Source: Bugula neritina (taxonomy: Eukaryota; Animalia; Bryozoa). From it: a DNA stretch of 64,000 nt. The DNA lies in assembly GCA_964035545.1 (NCBI GenBank), contig OZ037772.1, forward strand, positions 5,708,233-5,772,232, read 5' to 3'. The position numbers and the translations under genes were made by a program. This document shows positions 42,104 through 54,514 of the stretch, piece by piece. Numbering within the stretch: the first letter of the stretch is position 1; each line of letters starts with the position of its first letter. The notes under the pieces are model-generated. The model had not been told where the DNA came from. It searched no databases and was given only the letters and a program-made list of their open reading frames with translations.

Positions 42104-44246
42104 TTATTCTAATAATTCGAGTCCATGAACTTCCAACTCATAAATATTGAGAGATTTACCCACTTCTACAGCCGTTACTCTCACATATCTACCATACATT
42201 CTAGTACGACATGTAACCAGAAATATATTTGCAGGTGGTTGTCCAGGAAGGTAGTCACAGATCTCATCTTCTGGCGGATTACCAAAGTTAGTGTAAGTTT
42301 CACCAACTGTTACTCTCACATTGGCCAGGCGTTTAATTACACCTGCAAAAAAATGAATGCAGTTATTATTCAATGAAGTCATTAATGAAAATAATCATTA
42401 AAAGTTAATGCAAACAAAATTAAAAAAGGACTCAATATCTTTTACTATATTTAGCACTTCCGGATTCCTTCTACTTGAGGGTTACCCTAGTTCAGTCACG
42501 ATTAGGATGTATTTCTATAAATCTATTGTATTTCTACATGAAAAGATATTAAAGATACAAATTATAAAATAAAGATTTACTAAACAATACAATTAGACCA
42601 GGGAAGAATTTGGACATTTTAGGGGGAATGGGATTTTGAAAAATTCACGCAATTTGTTGACGGTTTTTGAGCTTTTGCAAGTTACATGTATATGCATATC
42701 TATAAATCTTCAGCTTAGTTCATCTATATTTAACCAAACCATATTTTGCAATCTCGGTTTACTTGTACATGAATTTGTTTATTAATTGCTATACTCTAAC
42801 TGCTCTCTACACTAATTGAAATAAAAGGCAAAAATATGCAAAAACCAGCAGGCCAAATTTTCTTTTCTCAAATGTTTAGGATAAGACTGAGAAAGTATTC
42901 TAGTTCTACTATGAGGAAGGTTAACAGAACCTGAATTTGGATGTTCAGATCTGTTCCAGATTTTGACACCATACACAAAGTGATTAGTGAGAAGATCAAT
43001 CTGTATCCATGGAGACAGTTCTGTTTTTGTGTGGGCAAGGCTATCATGCTCAGATATGTTCCACTGAGAAGGAAGATAAATCCCATCAATAGCCTCAGCA
43101 CCAGCACGGTTCTTATACCTGGTAGATAGGTTGGCAGATTTTCCTGTAATAAAACTTCATGGTGTACAGACGACATTTACATGATTGTAGATATTTAATA
43201 ATTATAGAGAGCATTTTTAAAACAAATTCTATCTTTACTTACAGATATCTAATTATGAAATTTTTAATGAGGCAGGTAACAAAGTATAACGAAGATCTAC
43301 TACTTCAGGAGATTATAGCTTGAGCAATGAAAAGAACCATAATAGAGTGCTTCTGTCATCAAAGACATTACCGACATTTTTTTGAAGCTGCAATTTTCAA
43401 ACTTACATAATAGCAAATAAGTTTGCTGTTAAAAGAAATCCCATAAAAAACATAATTGGAAACAAAACTTCTCTCACCTCTAGCAAGCAATTTTGAAAAC
43501 TCGTACATTTGAGTGTAATCAGAGTGAATTCGTTTGACTGATGTGGTTTCCTCAGTTTCAGTTGAGTTGTCAATCACACTCGGTGTTTCTGACATCTTGC
43601 AGGTGCTTTTAACTCTGTCATATGACTCAGCAGCACATGATTGGTTGATTGCACAAACAGCCAAACAGTGTCTGTGAGTGGGCAGGTATTTCATGTTGTG
43701 TGTCTCCAAGATATGAGAATAGTTTTGGTTGGTGTACACATCTGTTGCTGGAACAGACATTATGTACAGATGGTTATGGCGAGGATATTAACTATATATA
43801 GCATAATGACCAATTTCATCTCAGAGTTTAATGTCTGCAATTAACGTAAGAAAATTATATAGCATTGCAACTTTGTTGACCCCTATATATAGCAATATAT
43901 AGCACAGTTTATTATTTCATATCTTTAGATTTCATCTCGCAGTTGTACTAGAAAAAGGGTTTTCACATGCATATAGAACAGCAATCAACTATATAACACT
44001 ATATGTATTACTTTAAAGCATGTCTAACAAGCCAAGAATTAATTTAATTTTTGTATGCATGGGTGAGATTTCAAATGTATTAAGTAACCTGATTAGGATA
44101 CAATTATTTCATTTTGAAGATAATAAACTTATCTATTTTTTGAGTAAATTTTGGCATTGCATAATAAATGAAACAAACTTACTGCATGAACAGCCAGCTG
44201 GAACAACCAAGTGAAACAAAACCAGAATCACATTTATCCAAACCAT
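42104..44246 (-). CDS. Secreted PAN/apple + F-type lectin (fucolectin-like) protein, copy 2, intact, 261 aa
   Basis: Exons 44246-44183 (signal peptide MVWINVILVLFHLVVPAGCSC), 43747-43478 (PAN), 43143-42931, 42342-42104; all GT-AG, all phase 1, total 786 nt open. AIDG, AHT-x-PWIQIDL, WNR, RL, GRYVRV, ELEV motifs. Confidence 0.9.
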
Positions 44247-45654
44247 CTTTGTCTAGTTCTAGTAATCATTTGTCCAGGTGCACCTGCTGATCATTGTACC
44301 ACAGTGGGTCTCTAGGTTTAGCAACATTAATATTTAAGAGCCTGTTTTTAATTTTTAATGCATGCTTAAAAATTAATAGCAGAACTTTGGAGAAAATATA
44401 TAAACGAATTAATATATTAATGACTGCCATTTTGTAAGAAGTATATATGAAGCTTCATTAATTACTGATTAACCTCTGGTCCAATATTACTCTCACACAC
44501 TTATTTGATACTAAAGGGTTTGGTTCATAAAATCTTTCATTAAAACTTTCTTTTATCATCAATTTTTTTGATAAATATAACTTAATAAATAAGTGAGCAG
44601 AAGTTCTTTAATAATAAACTTTTTTTGTATAGCATACTATAGGTTAAATTTTCATTCACTGTGAGTTCATCATATTGTCTTTTAAACTGAACATTTGTTC
44701 CCAGGTGATGAATCTAATTAATAAATTATATCAAGCGGTAATCAGGTGCTAAGCTAAAACTTAAACCTGAACAATCAATAACCCTACTGCATGACTGCCA
44801 TATGGTGTGCATTCTTCACGATTGAAACATTGCATCGAGTTTGTATGATAATATATATGGTTTATTTTAATGTTAGTTGAGCAATGAATGCATGGGTAGT
44901 TTTTTTTTATTTATTATATAAGTTTAAATAATTTTAGAAACTTTTTATTGTTTCTCTGCATTATATGTGAATTTTTGTTAAATAGATTCTTCAAATGTTT
45001 GTGCCGATAAATAATTATGCCTCTTATATATAGATCTCTATAATTACAATCCCAATAATTTGCATGGCATATATTATTACTTTCAAAAATTGCCCATTTC
45101 TCTGAATCATCATCAAAAACTATTTTTTTCAACATGATTATATAGATTTCATTTCTACTAGAATAGTATTTTTACATTAATGGTAGTCTTCCTGGATATC
45201 TCAAAATTCTCAAGGGTGACAGCTAGGTCCAAACTCATCTAAAAGCATTTATCTGAACTATCAAGATCAATATCCGGGGAAAAAAAGAGTTTATCTATGA
45301 CTGCAAACCTAGCCCCAAGTTCTGCCAGACTATATAAATGATTGGACAAAATCTTTTAAAATTGGCCAAAAGCCTAATTATTTATATGTGGCACATGGGC
45401 AATTGTGACTAGATGTTTTTACTAGGATCACTGCTGGGGTTAAACTCAAACTACTGATTTATTGTTATACCTCTAATCATTACAAAACAAATGCTTCATC
45501 ACTAATTTTCTTTTGCTGTACCTACAAATGAATTCATTAAGAAAGTTGCGTTGAGTACAACCAAAACCTTAGGCTAATGTAAAACACAACTACAAATCTT
45601 TTTGTGCAAATAGAATGAAATGCATGCCATGCACTCCTTAAACTATAATGGTGT

Positions 45655-45875
45655 CGTGTAAAAATGGCACAGCTAGAAATAGCACAGGTAAAAGAACCAC
45701 TGCAAAAATGGCACAGATAAAAGGACAAAATCGGTAGAGTAGATCAAAATTTCAATATTATATATGGCTTGAGGTGGAGCTGGGTGCTTAGGATGAAGGG
45801 TTTAGGTTAGGGACTGGGGATTTTAGTTTGGGTTTGAGGTTCAAGAGTTGAGGATTTGAGTTTGGAGTTTTTGAA
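45655..45875. repeat. 15-bp tandem repeats (AAAATGGCACAG...) followed by G/T-rich hexamers; probable transposon end fragment
   Basis: AAAAATGGCACAG-like units recur every 15 bp, then GGGTTTAGGTTAGGG...-type hexamers. Confidence 0.5.
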
Positions 45876-46586
45876 AAACTTAGAATTTCTTTCTAATTTT
45901 CTAATTATTGGTGGCTAAAAATTGTATGCACTCACTAATCATATGCTTCAATTAACCAAATAATAAATGAGACAAAGTAACCTGTGTCCCAAGAGATACA
46001 TTGAATTATTAGATAATACAACTAGAAAATTTGAAACATATTTGAAATCAATAACTTGACTGCTGAAGCACAAAGCAGGTTGTATATAGCTACTGCTTCT
46101 AAACATCAGTAAACTGCAATAGCCTTTCATTTACAAATAGTAGTTTTATTGAAATACACATAAAGCATAGTTTGTTATAACAAACAAACAAAAATTCGTA
46201 CCATTTTTTGCTTTCAAAGATAGCATTGCTGAAAAGGGAAATGTTGTTGTACTTATTTACTATGACATCGATTAGTGGTAAACAATAAATTGTTTAAAAA
46301 AAATTCAAGCAAATTTATAGTTGTTATCCTTGTTTGAAACCCCTGACGGAAAGGGTTTTGGTAAAGCGGGCTATGAACTTATTTAAAGGAGGAGTAAGAA
46401 CAAATATGACTGGATGTTTTTAGATGCAGTATGTGCAGTGCTAAATATAATATAATTGCAAATAATGAAAAGGTGTATTTTCTTCTAGCAAAGTATATCC
46501 CTGCAACTTGGAATAAACAAATATCTAATTTCACAAAGCAAATAAAGTTTTAAACCTGAAGTAGCTACACAACATGTTCAAAACTT

Positions 46587-49559
46587 CTAATTTATTCCAA
46601 CAATTTCTAATCCATGAATTTCCAACTCATAGATGTTGAGAAAATCGTTTACTTCAACAGCTGTTACTCTCACATATCTACCATACATTCTAGTTTGACA
46701 TGTAACCAGAAATATATCTGCAGGTGGTCGTCCAGGAAGGTAGTTACAGATCTCATCTTCTGGTGGATCATCAAAGTTAGTGTCAGCTTCACCAACTGTT
46801 ACTCTCACATTAGCCAGTCTGTCATTGACAACTACAAGATAAATAACTCTTACATTTGCTAGTCTTTGGACTGAAACTGCAAGCAAAACCTCATGTTATT
46901 ATTTTTCTAGTTTCATAGTAAAATATGTAACATTATTTCAATGAAAACATAGCTCCTTCCGTATAATATAAAGTCTGAGAGTAAAGCAACAAATTCATGT
47001 TTCAGAAACATTTATTTTTTACAATCACATTATAAAGAAATAATTTCGGCTGACTTTTCCACTGAAATAAACTTTAAAAATCCTATAGCATTTGATATAT
47101 TTGCTTGACATATATTATATGTAATTTAAATATTTGTTCCTTTACTCTCAGACTTTATTTGAAGTAAATTTATTGTTTGCATATAGCTCAGTAAAATATT
47201 TAGGTGTCTTTTGAGCACTCAAAAGATTTTTTACTTTTTCTTTTTGTAGAATGAGCTTATATACAGATTGGACTTACTATGACAAACTGTTGTAACTTGC
47301 ATCTACAATCTTATGCTAATGAGATATGCCATGTTTCAGAAAACGAATGAATCATAATCATTCATGATATATCATGTGCATGTTTGGTGTTGTAATATCT
47401 CACTTGCATGTGACATGCATCACATGGCTAGGTCAAGTGTCATGTATCATGCGATAGGGATAATATGACATGCGTCAAGTGTCTTGTGACATGTGTCAGG
47501 TGACACATGTGACAAGTGTGTGTGTGCGTGTGTGTGTGCGTGTGCGTGTGCGTGTGTGTGTGTGTGTTTTATTTCATCATAATATAGTGTTTTACAACTA
47601 GCATAAGTTACAAGAGCAGACAAACAATTAGAAATGCAATATAGTAACAAATAACTACATATAAAAATATAGCTGTCGGAAGTGATGATGAAGCCCAGTG
47701 CGAAATAGCATGGCTAGTGGTACGCGGGCCCAATGTTGGCATAACCATACAAGGCACCACAGATCACTCAACAGAGTGGAGGTGATGCCTCAATTCCGTT
47801 TTAAATTTACCAAGTGGCTGTACAATTTTTAAAAGTTTAGGCAACTTATTCCACAGTGCAGATATTACAAAGTTGGAGGTGCGTTGACCAGCAAATGAGG
47901 AATAAAATGGAACAGGAAGAGATTGCAACTGATGACGTGTAGTAGAGTGAGAGTGTGTCGAAAAGCTTCCTGAATAGTATATTTTATGAGCTTTAATTAG
48001 CAGTTTGTACTTGTGACATTGGCACCTTTAATGCTCCAGATGTGAGTAATGATATATATAAATTTTATTGTTTACAGTATTATACTGAGATCCTAAAAAC
48101 CTGAAATAGATTATTTACATCTGTTCCAGATTTTGACAGCATATACAAAGTGATGAGTATGGAGATCCACTTGTATCCATGGAGATAACTCTCTGTCTGT
48201 GTGAGCTATGCTTCTGTGTTCAGGAAGATTATGCTGAGATGGCAGATAAAAGCTGTCAATAGCTTTCTCACCAAGGTAGTAAGCACTATATTCAGTGGAC
48301 AGATCAACTTTGTTACCTAAAATGCAGCCATAAGCAAGTCTAGTAAAAAATTATTTTTGTAACTTATTGCATTATCAAACTCTTGAATCATTATTAAAAA
48401 CTGTTATAGCTTTTCTCTGAAAAAAAAAAAACTTTATTTACTTTTCTTATTTCAGCTAAATGTTGTGTATTCTAAGGTAGCTATTTTTATCTTCCTTAGC
48501 CTTCAAATAGCTGAGGAAGATAACAAACTTTGAAAGTATTTTGATTGACTTGCTAATTAATAATGTGTGCAGGCAAAATTTTTTTGCAATTCAACATTTT
48601 TTAGTATGCCCTAAAGCACCCTGCATGTTCTTAGAGTTAGTCTGGCTATCAACCCTTGAACCTATGTAAGCTTTTTTATGTTATTTTAGATAGCAGCAAA
48701 TATAATAAAGACTTTCAAGCATCAATTTTTTTTACAAACTCATGTACAGCAAATATATATATATTTGTTTCTAAAATGAGTCTGTAAACTCATTGTCTAT
48801 AGATTTCCTGTCTCTCACCTCTAGCAAGCAACATTGAGAACTCATAAATCTGAATGTCATCAGAGTGAATCAGTTTGACAGATGCTATTTCCTCAGTGTC
48901 AGTTGAGTTTACAATCACACTTGATGTTCTTGACATCTTGCAGGTGCTTGTAGTTCTCTCATATGACACAGCAGCACATGATGTGTTGATTGCACAAACA
49001 GACAGACAGTGTTGGTGTGTGGGAAGGTATTTTGTGTTGTGTATTTCCAGTAAGGACGAATAGTTCTGATTAGTGTACACACCTATTGCTGAAACAGATG
49101 CAACATAATTATAACATATGAAATAAGTTTTATAATGATCATAATTCAAGGTCCAACTTTTATGTTAAACTAAATGTAATAATGTAAACTCGATAAGGAA
49201 ACAGCATGTCTTGCGGGTTTTTTTAATATAACTCTGCGCAAACAAAGAATCAGAAATTATAATCTGGCAACTAATATAAACAAATAAAATTACCTCAAAT
49301 TGTAAACTGCTTTGTGCGCAGGAAAATAGCAATACATTGCAAGTAACGGAGTTATGTTGGTCATAGAATTTAACACAGCTGAGCTCGACAAATATTAACT
49401 GACATTATGTAGTTAAAAAAGAAACATGCTATAGTAAATTTCATTTTTTTGTGAAGTTTGTGTTTTTACAGTATTATTAAATTAAGCAAACTTACTGCAT
49501 GAACAATCAGCCTGAACAACCGTGAGCAACAAAACCAGAATTTCATTTATCCAACCCAT
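46587..49559 (-). CDS. PAN/apple + F-type lectin paralog, copy 3 (intact only if an alternative donor is used; otherwise pseudogene)
   Basis: Exons 49559-49496, 49088-48819, 48316-48119 (or 48101, which includes TAA at 48113-48111), and 46831 (or 46876)-46587. Confidence 0.75.
47517..48045 (-). mobile_element. 3' fragment of an L2/CR1-type LINE with (CA)n tail, in intron 3 of lectin copy 3
   Basis: Minus strand translates GQRTSNFVISALWNKLPKLLKIVQPLGKFKTELRHHL, then a 3' UTR ending AATAAAA(CA/CG)n. Confidence 0.7.
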
Positions 49560-50417
49560 CATTGTCTAGCTCTAGTAATCTTGTGTCCAGGTACATCTGT
49601 TGATTGCAGAATGTATGAACTGTCTCGCATTACAGCTGCAACTTAATTGGCAACCATTAATATTTAATAAACGTTTTTCCCACTGGTTAAGTTAACAGTT
49701 TTTGTATAATCCTTTGCAATAGGTATAATGAGGTTTTAAAATTTCTATCAAAATGAATTTAGAATAATTTTATTGATTTTCCTTTATAGTGATAATTATA
49801 TGTAACTCTATCAAGTGCTTATGAAACTACACTGTATGCCGACAAGATAAATTCATTATAATTTAAATGCAGCAGTATGACATTACTAGTGGTAAACACT
49901 TACTCAATCTTAGAAGCAATATTACTCCTAAATAGTTCTGGTCGTCATTTATATCAGATCTCAATAACCTTTGCACCACATCTAACACATTTGCTTTTGT
50001 CCTGCATGCAGTAAATATAGTAAACTTGGTATTCAAAAAGTTTATCAGATGTTGAAGCTGCATATGCTCTTTGAATCAGACAGTTTCTTTAGTATAATAT
50101 ATTTAACTTCTCAATAAAGCAGTATATGCTTTCACAAAAAGGCTCATGTGTCAAGGTCAAGGACTCCTGCAGTCACAGGTTAGCTGTGAAACTAGTTCTC
50201 TTATTTATAAAAACTTAATTAATTTTTACTATTGTTCACTGCATCTCACATCAATTTATTTCATTTCACGATGAGGGCTGCATTTTCTTTCTTGTCAGTT
50301 TTGCTGTCATGTTAAATAAATGTGCAGCTGAGTCGTATTTCTCTATTATTTATGTTGTTTATGGCAACACTACGTTTTTCTGTACAAGAATAGCCAAAAA
50401 GTATAGTTCAATTATAT

Positions 50418-50835
50418 TGAAGTGAATTTCGCAATTCACTATATTATGTGTGGGTCAACTTAAACGAAGCCACTACACCAGGTTGTTTACGCTAAGATAA
50501 GTTTGTTATTTACAAGATACAAGAAGTTTTATTTACTACTAACATGAATAGAAACGATTACATAATTAGTGAGCTTTATACAGAACTACTCTAAATGAAG
50601 TCCCAAGCTGCTTTGCCTGGCTAGCTACTCAGCCGCTTCCACTACGAGTAGCTAGCTCCACCTGCTATCAATTAGAATGTCAGTCCTGATTGGTCGTAAC
50701 TAGTGGTGCTACTGTTGGCCATAGCTACAAGTCGCAGGAGGTCGATGTAGTCGAACTCCACTATAGCATACAATATAGAGTCGACCCTTTCGATATAATA
50801 ACTAACAATAAATTGCACCCATGAAATCCATTACA
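50418..50835 (-). repeat. 3' LTR (418 bp)
   Basis: Direct repeat of 59962-60380; about 17 substitutions plus 1 indel by hand count. Confidence 0.95.
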
Positions 50836-51721
50836 CTCGCCACACCTATTGAAAGGTACACTCTTTGATTAATGCTTGATGACAACATTAAAAATAGAAT
50901 AAAATAACATAAAATATTAAAAAGCAAACAGGAATAAGAGAACACAAAATAACATAATCAAAGTTATTTACAATATTAACAGGACAATCGATCCGGATCT
51001 GTCACAGGGTTGAGTGTCGCTCACCAAATAATGTAAGGTAGCATGAACATAGTGGGGAAGGAGAGGTACTGTATCACATTCACATAGCCAGAACCAAGCA
51101 ATGGGTGGCGTTGAGAAGCCCCCAGAAGAATCAAGCTTGGCAAAGGAATCTCCCCAAAGGGGGGAGAAGAAAGAGGGGGGTTGACTGGTCTCTTCCTAGA
51201 GGGTCGTGTCGAATACCAACATCCACACTCATCACCTTCGAATCCCCAAAGGGGGGAAGTTGAAGTCTTCTTCATCTTGACTTTTATATTTAAGTATTAC
51301 TTCATGCAGGAATCTTTAATAGTACTTGTTACCTCTTATTATTTATTATACTGTTTATTATTATGTCGCTACGGGCGAAAAGAGAGAGGAACTACTCTGC
51401 CTAGTTGTATCGTTCTGGCAGTATTATTACATCGGTACGTCGTCGCCAGGAGAGGAGAGGGAAGAGCTACTTTGTCTAATGGCATCCCTCTTGAAGTAAG
51501 GTTACGTCGATGCGTTGTCGCTAGGACGAGAAAGTGGAAGAACTCTTCTGTCAGCTGCCTCTCTGCACCTTATCATTGTGGGGCACCATCTGCCATGACA
51601 GTCACCAGCATTGCTGTTATGGCGCTGCAAAAGTCCAGTCAAGCAGCCAACATCGTAGTCGACAAGAATATGATGAATGATGTGTGACTGTGTTACGGTG
51701 GTGCCAGGAAAAAGAATTATG

Positions 51722-54282
51722 CACAGTTAGTTTAAGGTCATACTTTTCATTTTCTGGCTCTTCGCCAGGTGCTTTATGTTCTATATGAACAATGTTCCAC
51801 TGATAGCTCGAACAGGTTGAATGTCACAGGAACAAAAAAAATATGAAAAGATAAAGAAACTTATGTTCTCCAATATACTTTTTTATTTTTTTCAAAAGCC
51901 AATTCATGTTTAAGTTATAGCTTGTTGAAAAACATAGTCCCCCTTCCACATTCTTTTCAATTTATACGCTCCTGACTTGTTATTGCGTCTCAATATGCCT
52001 TGTATTTGAGTGCTTGTTAGTCTCGCTTCACTAACTTTGCCTATACTTCACAAGTGCCAGTGCTGCTGGCTCAAAAGCTAAATGTTATAAACTGTCAGCT
52101 AAAACCCAATCTTGTATTCCTAGGTTGGTTGGCCTAAATAAAACAATAGTCAAATCATGATTTCATGTTTTAAAAATTTACTCTATTCTAACCTGCTGCC
52201 TAGCTAGTTCTATTTTTGATGTATAATTACAAAATTTGTGATACATTTTTTTGGCAACCATGTGATTTATAAAATGCAGTAATGGTACTTATAATATTAT
52301 ATTATTATCATTATAATATATTATATAGTATTATGTGTGTTTTTATTATACTGCATAATATCTATTTTATTATTGTTGTTGTGCAAACAAGTGCAATTAA
52401 CCTAGTTTTCAAAATGTACCTCTAAATTATCAGAATATCAGTTTAGATATTTTCATGCTTTGTAAGGTAAACCTAAAAAAGAGGCTGTATTCCCAAAGTA
52501 AAGGGTGTTGAACTATGAACTATATTAGATTAGCCACTCTGCTACCAAGTGCATCAGTATAATATTACATGAATAGCTCTGATGCTTTGTCTCCGGTGGC
52601 TGGCTGCGATATGATAACTTGGCCAACTTCCAAGAGTTTAAAATTGGCGCAATTATTCAAGAGGTTACATACTGCACAGAGCTAGCAGTGATAGTAACCT
52701 TGCTATTGACAGTACTTATTACAACTGCCAGCATATAAGCTGCATTGTAGAATGCCGTTGGGGTAGGCTAGTAAAACCAAATTCTGCTCTCTAATATACC
52801 TTAGACACAATGCAGCAACATAATTGTTCTTTTCAAATTACATTGCCACCCTTACATGAGCTGTGGGCTTCATAAAGATTCATATGATTAGAGATTTATG
52901 CTATAGGCTAGCTATGATGAAAAGAAAACACCATTGTCAAAGTTAACTTCAAGTATGTTGTTTTCCAGAAACTCAGTAATGTCCATTTATATCTCTCGCA
53001 TACAAATACTTATGTAATAGCATACAGTTTAAGTTTTATTTTAGAGCACATCTGCAAACTCTACAATAAGAGCTTGCTTTACCAGTCTATTTCAGACCTG
53101 TTTTTGTAGCTAGTAATACGCAAGCTACTTATTTTTAAACTTTTGGGTTATTTGTTCAAAACCATTAGCTTTGCTAGTAACCCTAGACTATTGCAACAGT
53201 TGACTGCTATCAACATGAATTGACAGCCTAATAATTATAACCCATTTGCGCGCAAAATATTTATGTAATGATGGTCACCCATATAGTGCGCGTCTCATTA
53301 AGGATGACTGCGTGGTCCAGAGGTTAAAGGCGTCAGCGAGAAGCTGGTTGGTCATGGTTCAATCCTAGTATGCTGCATTTTTTTTTTGTCAATTTATGCA
53401 AATCCTACGCATGTATAATAAATATGGCTATAATTGTAAAGTTTTTTTTAACTTTTGTTCAACAGTAAGACAACATACATGCATAATACTTAGCTACTGA
53501 ACACTGGGCTAAACTTTAAATTGATCTTATAGAATACAATGTACTTAAAATAATCATATGTGAATTAGAGAAACTGGAAGTACAACTGCTGCACTATAGA
53601 CAGACCTTTACTGACAAGACTGCAAAGTGAAGTGATTTAGCTGAAATTAACTCTGCCAAACAAACACAGAATTAGGTTGTGCTGAGGCATTGTCAATAGA
53701 TTGTAACATAGTGAGATGATTCAGCTAAGTGCTAATGTAAAACAGGGAACATTATATTGGCAGAAATCCAATAGATTGCCAATTTGTGCGAGAGGGTACT
53801 ATATGTTATTGTGATAGTGCAGAGCGGCAAACGTACTAGGAATGTTATAATTAGTCACAGGAGCGTAGCTAGAACCACCATATATAGAATTTAGATAATT
53901 GCAGTGAAACTTGCAAAATGGTGTATGTTTTTACCAAATTGTGAAGAGCATAAACAGAATTTCAAAAAACAAAGAAAGTATATTAGAGAAAACATATCAA
54001 GGAATGTCAAGTTTAACTTTTAGACTTTATAAAATGAATCCCCTGTGCTACAGCAGTGGAACATGGAGGGTGTAAAATTTTACTTATTATGCAACAACTT
54101 TCTCAGAAAATTTTTTATTGAAAAATTAAAAAAGTATATGAAAGAGGAATGCAAGAGCAATCTTTTCATGTAAAATTTGTTAATGTGAGACAAAAACTGT
54201 TCGAGCTATCCCCTGGAAACCGTTTATATATAACATAAAGCAGTGCCTGAATGTGGAAAGTAATGACCTTAAACTAACTGTG
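51722..54282 (+). mobile_element. Non-autonomous TIR DNA transposon, copy C (2561 bp; CAC...GTG, 2-bp TG TSD; CMC/EnSpm-like), nested in the Gypsy
   Basis: TG|CACAGTTAGTTTAAGGTCAT ... ATGACCTTAAACTAACTGTG|TG; imperfect inversion extends ~100 bp (GATAGCTCGAACAG / CTGTTCGAGCTATC); no long ORF. Confidence 0.9.
53305..53387 (+). other. tRNA-like Pol III cassette within the TIR element
   Basis: GCGTGGTCCAGAGGTTAAAGGCGT (A-box/D-arm-like) ... GGTTCAATCC (B-box-like), followed by a T10 run. Confidence 0.5.
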
Positions 54283-54514
54283 TGCTCCCCCATTAAAGTC
54301 TCACCATAAGACAGCCCTGACGTTAGTCTGCTGCCCACTTAGGCTACGTAGTACGCCAGCCTGCCAAGTACATGCGTGCACATTGGCAGTTAAAATAGAA
54401 AATAACGCTCTTCGCAGTGAAAGTGATTAAATAATACCCCTTTCACTAGCGAGCTGGCTTCGCTCTTTTCTTTACCCCCGGTAGTGTTTATATTTACACC
54501 ACTGGGTAGGCAAC

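Noticed and set aside
45795-45875. Interstitial telomeric repeat
   Set aside because: Only one or two TTAGG(G)-like units in a degenerate G/T hexamer run.
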